The translations under genes were made by a program, and so were the position numbers. From contig JBBIJD010000020.1 in NCBI GenBank assembly GCA_037446135.1, positions 5,375-24,801 on the forward strand: 19,427 nt of DNA. Reading direction: 5' to 3'. The first letter of the stretch is position 1; the number at the start of each line of letters is the position of its first letter. Positions 15,387 to 19,427 of this stretch are shown here, piece after piece. The notes under the pieces are model-generated. The model ran no database searches, was not told the origin of the DNA, and saw only the letters and a program-made list of their open reading frames with translations. Origin of the DNA: Candidatus Fraserbacteria bacterium (lineage in GTDB: Bacteria; Bipolaricaulota; Bipolaricaulia; RBG-16-55-9; JANLFV01).

Positions 15387-17563
15387 GACAAAGGGTGCTG
15401 CTGCTCATGCTAATCCTACTCTGCTCCGCCTTGGCCTTGCCGCTCCGATCTCTCGCCCAGGGTGAGGAGGAGGCGGTCAGGTTCAAAGTGGAGCGGATCA
15501 CGGTCGAGGGGAACAAGCATGTTCCGCTCGAGGAGATCAAGAAGGCGATCGGCTTCAAGGTCGGAGACCATGTCACCGAAGAGGAGATCAAGGCCGGCGG
15601 CCAGAGGGTCCTCGACCTCGGCTACTTCCAGGAGGTGATCCCCGACTATCGCAAGGTAAATGAAGGGATCGAGGTCCTCTACCTGGTCCAGGAGAACCCT
15701 CTGATCAAGGAGATCGTCATCCGCGGGAATGAGCAGTATGGCGAGGGGCTGAACCTCTTCGGGCTGAAGATCCCTTTTACCAGCCCGATCCTCAAGACCG
15801 ACCGGATCCTCGAGATCCTCGAGGAGCACGGGGTGGCGGAGAAGAAGGTCCTCAACCTGAAGAAGCTCGAGGAGGGCCTCCGGGCAGTCCTCGAGGAGTA
15901 TCAAAATAAGGGCTATACCCTGGTCAGCGTGGGGGATGTGAAGCTCGGGGAGCGACTGGAGATCGAGCTCATTGAGGCCAAGATTGAGAGGATCGAGATC
16001 ACCGGTGTGGACCAGCGGCTGGGAGAGATCGCCCAGGGCCTGATCAAGGTCCCCCTGGGGAAGCCGGTGAAGATCGAGGCCCTCCAGGCCTCGCTCCAGC
16101 GGCTCAATAACTCGATCTACTTCGAGAGGACCGGTGCGGCCGACATCTCCTTCTCCACTGGGAGTGCTCCGGATAAGCTAATCATGACCTGGAACCTGCG
16201 GGAGCGGAAGCTGCTGGAGAGCCCGATCGCGCTCAAAGGGATCGAGTTCAGCGGAGCCACGGTCTATAAGCCGGAGCAGCTCGCACGGGCCCTCGGCCCA
16301 CTCCCCCAAGGTGAGGTGGACAACTTCCGGCTCCTCCAGGCCCTCCAGGGGGTCTACGACCTCTACCACCAGAACGGCTATACCATGATGGGGCTGGCCA
16401 ACGGCGGACTGGCTGAGGGGGTCTTGACCATCGCCATCTCGGAGGGGGTCATCAATGAGATTGCCATCCAGGGGAACAAGCGGACCAAGGAGTATGTGAT
16501 CCGCCGGAAGCTGCTCTTCAAGCCGGGGGATATCTTCAATGAAGGGCCGCTCAGGGAGAGCTATCGTCGGCTCCAGCAGTTGGGCTACTTCCAGAACATC
16601 GACCTCTCCTTCGAGGAGGCCGGACCGGGGAGGATCAACCTGATCCTGATCGTCGAGGAGAAGGAGAACTTAGGGAGCTTCAGCGGGGCCCTCAGCTTCG
16701 CCGGGGGGGCCCTGGTCGGGAAGCTCAGCCTCTCCTGGAAGAACATGTTCGGGACGGGCCAAGACCTCTCCCTGGGCTATGACCGGACCCTCCTCGGGGG
16801 AGCCGAGGCCAACTGGCACCTCGACTATACGACTACGACCTTCTTCCCGAACTATGATTTCTTCAAAGCCAGCCTCTACCAGGAGTCGGAGGATGGGGAG
16901 GAATACACCCTCAATAAGAGGGGGATCGAGGCCTCCCTCGGCTATCCCCTCGGCGGGGGCTCCCAGTTGACCCTGGCTCAGCGGTATGAGAGCTCTAATA
17001 AATGCTACGAGGGGACGATCGGCTGCACAGCTCCCGAGACTACCAGCTCGCTCACTCTCAGCTTGAGCAATGACGATCGGAATAACGTCGACTTCCCCAC
17101 CTCCGGCGGATTCAGGAGCCTCTCACTCGAGCAAGGAGGGGCCTTCACCGCTGGGCCGAGGTTCACGAAGCTAGCCTTCACCCTGATCCAGCACTTCCCG
17201 ACCCTCAGGGACCAGAACATAGCTCTGCGGCTCTATGGAGGGCAGGGATTCTCCCTCCCCTCCGATGAGAGGTTTTCTCTCGGGGGTAGCGCAACTTTAA
17301 GGGGTATACCATCCTTCAAGGCCGAGAAGTTCTTCTTGGTTAATGCTGATTACCGCGCCGAGCTGACTGAGGGAGCCGTAGGCGTGGCGTTCGTCGACCT
17401 TGGTATAGCTGAGGGGACAGGACTTCAGCGCTCCTTCGGCTTGGAGTTGCAGGCCCAACTCCCCGCCGTAGGGGCGGTAAGATTGATCTTCTCCTGGCCG
17501 ATCATCGCGGGGGAGATCTCTTGGCAGCCGAAGATCGATTTCGCCTTCGGAACCATGTTCTAG
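15377..17563 (+). CDS. bamA: Omp85 family outer membrane protein assembly factor (BamA-like)
   Basis: Signal peptide and about five POTRA repeats (I.VEGN...LGYF...VQE; QGNKRTKEYVIRR...LGYF...VEE). Barrel motifs KNMFGTGQ, DDRNNVDFPTSG and F.LGG...LRG, with a terminal Phe. Followed by skp. Confidence 0.88.
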   Translation: MDVRQRVLLLMLILLCSALALPLRSLAQGEEEAVRFKVERITVEGNKHVPLEEIKKAIGFKVGDHVTEEEIKAGGQRVLDLGYFQEVIPDYRKVNEGIEVLYLVQENPLIKEIVIRGNEQYGEGLNLFGLKIPFTSPILKTDRILEILEEHGVAEKKVLNLKKLEEGLRAVLEEYQNKGYTLVSVGDVKLGERLEIELIEAKIERIEITGVDQRLGEIAQGLIKVPLGKPVKIEALQASLQRLNNSIYFERTGAADISFSTGSAPDKLIMTWNLRERKLLESPIALKGIEFSGATVYKPEQLARALGPLPQGEVDNFRLLQALQGVYDLYHQNGYTMMGLANGGLAEGVLTIAISEGVINEIAIQGNKRTKEYVIRRKLLFKPGDIFNEGPLRESYRRLQQLGYFQNIDLSFEEAGPGRINLILIVEEKENLGSFSGALSFAGGALVGKLSLSWKNMFGTGQDLSLGYDRTLLGGAEANWHLDYTTTTFFPNYDFFKASLYQESEDGEEYTLNKRGIEASLGYPLGGGSQLTLAQRYESSNKCYEGTIGCTAPETTSSLTLSLSNDDRNNVDFPTSGGFRSLSLEQGGAFTAGPRFTKLAFTLIQHFPTLRDQNIALRLYGGQGFSLPSDERFSLGGSATLRGIPSFKAEKFFLVNADYRAELTEGAVGVAFVDLGIAEGTGLQRSFGLELQAQLPAVGAVRLIFSWPIIAGEISWQPKIDFAFGTMF

Positions 17564-17588
17564 TCCGGAATGAGAGAAAGGAGTGAAG

Positions 17589-18218
17589 ATGAAACAGGCA
17601 GTGTGGATCGTGCTGATTGTGGTAGCTCTAGTCGCGGGGTTCTTCGGGGGCTGGCTCTCCAAGGGCTCGGCGGCCCCGGACGCTAACCTAACGGAGCAGG
17701 TCCGGAAGTTGGAGCAGGAGGTGAAGAGCCTCCAGAGCCAGCTCGCGGCTATCAGCAGCCTCCCGCAGCAGGTGGACTCGCTCGCTCAGAAGGTCCAGGC
17801 CAGTGCGAGCGGCGGGATGAAAATCGCCTATGTCAATGCTGAGGAGGTCTTCCTCAAGTATAAGGGGACGGCCGCGGCGGTCCAGCAGTTCAGTGCAGAG
17901 AGGGCCAAGAAGGAGAAAGAGCTCCAGCAACTGACGGAGCAACTCCAGGCGAAGAAGATCACGCAAGAGGAGTATCAGCGGCAGGTCGAAGAGATCCAAG
18001 CCCAGCTCCAGCAGCTCGACCTCCAGCTCACCGCTAAGGTCCAGCAGGAGATGATCGCCGTGATCACCGAGGTCGCTCAGGAGAAGGGCTACGACTGGGT
18101 AACGCGGAAGAAGGATGTGGTCCTCTACTCCAAGCCGGGCCTGATGGACGAGATCACCGCCGCGGTCATCGAGCGATTGAACGCTAAGCTGGAGGCCGGC
18201 GGGACACCCGGATCATAG
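17589..18218 (+). CDS. skp: OmpH/Skp family periplasmic chaperone with extended N-terminus
   Basis: OmpH core KIAYVNAEEVF...VAQEKGYDWV...VLYS...EITAAVIERLN. SD AAGGAG 5 nt before ATG 17589 (the ORF track uses GTG 17583). Directly downstream of bamA. Confidence 0.85.
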   Translation: MKQAVWIVLIVVALVAGFFGGWLSKGSAAPDANLTEQVRKLEQEVKSLQSQLAAISSLPQQVDSLAQKVQASASGGMKIAYVNAEEVFLKYKGTAAAVQQFSAERAKKEKELQQLTEQLQAKKITQEEYQRQVEEIQAQLQQLDLQLTAKVQQEMIAVITEVAQEKGYDWVTRKKDVVLYSKPGLMDEITAAVIERLNAKLEAGGTPGS

Positions 18219-18333
18219 AGAGCGGGAGGCTTCGCGAGCTCGAGACTCCCCAGATCCTGAGGCTTTTGCTTATCCTTTTGAGCCCGGGATCCGCGGGCTT
18301 GCCCGGAGCTGCCTCCTTGATTGATGAGGAGCG

Positions 18334-19251
18334 ATGAAGCTGATCGAGGCCGTCCCGAACATCAGCGAGGGCCGGGACCGCGCGAAGATTGAGGCGATCG
18401 TCGCTGAGGTGAGGGCCATCCGAGGAGTGGCCCTCCTCGATGTCGCCCCCGACCCGGACCATAACCGGTCTGTAATTACATTCGTCGGCCCGCCGCAGGC
18501 GGTGGAGGAGGCGGCCCTCCGGCTGACCGCCAAGGCCGTGGAGCTGATCGACCTAAATAAGCACCGGGGCGAGCACCCCCGGATGGGGGCGGTCGATGTC
18601 CTCCCCTTCGTCCCAATTCAGGAGGCGACGATGGCGGAATGCATCGAGCTGGCCCGGCGGGTCGGGAAGAGGATCAGCGAGGAGTTCAAGATCCCCGTCT
18701 ACCTTTATGCCGAGGCCGCGACCCACCCAGAACGGCAAGACCTGGCGAACATCCGGAGGGGGGAGTTCGAAGGCTTTCCGGCCAAGATCCAAGAGCCGGA
18801 CTGGGCCCCGGACTTCGGGGAGCGGAGGGTCCATCCGACCGCCGGGGTGATGGCCGTCGGGGCGAGGCCGCCCCTGATTGCCTACAATGTCAACCTCGGG
18901 ACTCCGGATCTGGAGGTCGCCAGAAAAATTGCCCAGGCTGTCCGCTTCTCGAGCGGCGGCCTCCGGTATGTCAAGGCCCTGGCCTTCGAGCTCAAGGAGC
19001 GGGGGCTCGTCCAGATCTCGATGAACCTCACCGACTACAGGAGGACCCCTTTGCATCGGGCCTTCGAGCTCATCAAGCGCGAGGCCGCCCGCTACGGCGT
19101 GCCGGTGGTGGGGAGCGAGATCGTGGGACTGGTGCCCCAAGAGGCGCTCAACATGGCTGCTGAATATTACTTACAACTGGAGAGCTTCCGCCCGGAGATG
19201 GTCCTCGAGGAGCGGCTTGCCCAAGCGATGAGAGAGGCCGAAGCACATTAA
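18334..19251 (+). CDS. ftcD: Glutamate formiminotransferase (stand-alone FTCD formiminotransferase domain)
   Basis: Motifs VPNISEGR, DPDHNRSVIT, HRGEHPRMGAVDV, LIAYNVNL, VQISMNLTD and SEIVGLVP. SD GAGGAG. No cyclodeaminase domain is fused. Confidence 0.93.
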   Translation: MKLIEAVPNISEGRDRAKIEAIVAEVRAIRGVALLDVAPDPDHNRSVITFVGPPQAVEEAALRLTAKAVELIDLNKHRGEHPRMGAVDVLPFVPIQEATMAECIELARRVGKRISEEFKIPVYLYAEAATHPERQDLANIRRGEFEGFPAKIQEPDWAPDFGERRVHPTAGVMAVGARPPLIAYNVNLGTPDLEVARKIAQAVRFSSGGLRYVKALAFELKERGLVQISMNLTDYRRTPLHRAFELIKREAARYGVPVVGSEIVGLVPQEALNMAAEYYLQLESFRPEMVLEERLAQAMREAEAH

Positions 19252-19397
19252 GCTTAAGGGCCCGGACTCGGGAGGGGCAAGAGCCGAGAGGAAGGAAGAG
19301 AACAGTATCACTGGCAAACCACTGGGATAGAACATAAGGGCCCTCCCAGCTTCTCCCCCTAGGGCTTCGCAAACCCCTCCGGCCAGGGGTAGTCAGG

Positions 19398-19422
19398 CGG
19401 GCAGAGATCCTGCCCGTTCTCT
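19398..19422 (+). terminator. Possible intrinsic terminator hairpin
   Basis: CGGGCAG-AGATC-CTGCCCG perfect 7-bp stem followed by TTCTCT (weak U-tract), about 150 nt after ftcD and at the window edge. Confidence 0.35.
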
Positions 19423-19427
19423 GAGAA

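Noticed and set aside
18219..18333. Hairpins (GGGAG/CTCCC and AGCCCG/CGGGCT) upstream of ftcD as a ZTP or THF riboswitch or terminator
   Set aside because: The conserved aptamer cores are absent and no U-tract follows either stem directly; short GC stems are expected at this composition.
19148..19372. 74-aa minus-strand ORF overlapping the ftcD 3' end
   Set aside because: TTG start, no motif, Pro/Ser/Gly-rich, and it overlaps a real gene in antisense.
1..19427. Mobile elements, CRISPR array, tRNA, rRNA or defence systems
   Set aside because: No transposase or integrase ORF, regularly spaced repeats, cloverleaf or rRNA signature was seen; intergenic gaps are mostly too short.

Overview
GC-rich bacterial chromosomal window made mostly of housekeeping genes. 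It has no mobile element, CRISPR array, rRNA or tRNA that I can support. The minus strand carries three blocks. (i) A class V aminotransferase-serA-DUF1015 serine locus, with DUF1015 running off the left edge. (ii) clpC-radA-disA-purine nucleoside phosphorylase behind a perfect sigma70 promoter. (iii) glmU(C-terminally short)-prs-rplY-pth. On the plus strand, a divergent promoter drives yraN-comM-bamA-skp, followed by a stand-alone glutamate formiminotransferase. Between the serine locus and pnp lies a small accessory patch (about 3.3-4.56 kb): an HTH/coiled-coil protein, a 49-aa ORF missed by the ORF track, and a 5'-truncated ABATE/CGNR zinc-finger gene. Most notable: DisA has both diadenylate cyclase signature motifs changed (DGA to DRA, RHR to RHL) while its HhH DNA-binding domain is intact; GlmU lacks most of its acetyltransferase domain; DUF1015 carries a ParB/Srx-type DGHHR motif where a SerB step is expected; Skp has an extra N-terminal hydrophobic helix and coiled coil. 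BamA/Skp without adjacent lpx genes next to a Firmicute-like clpC-radA-disA block suggests a deep-branching diderm such as Bipolaricaulota/Acetothermia (inference only).
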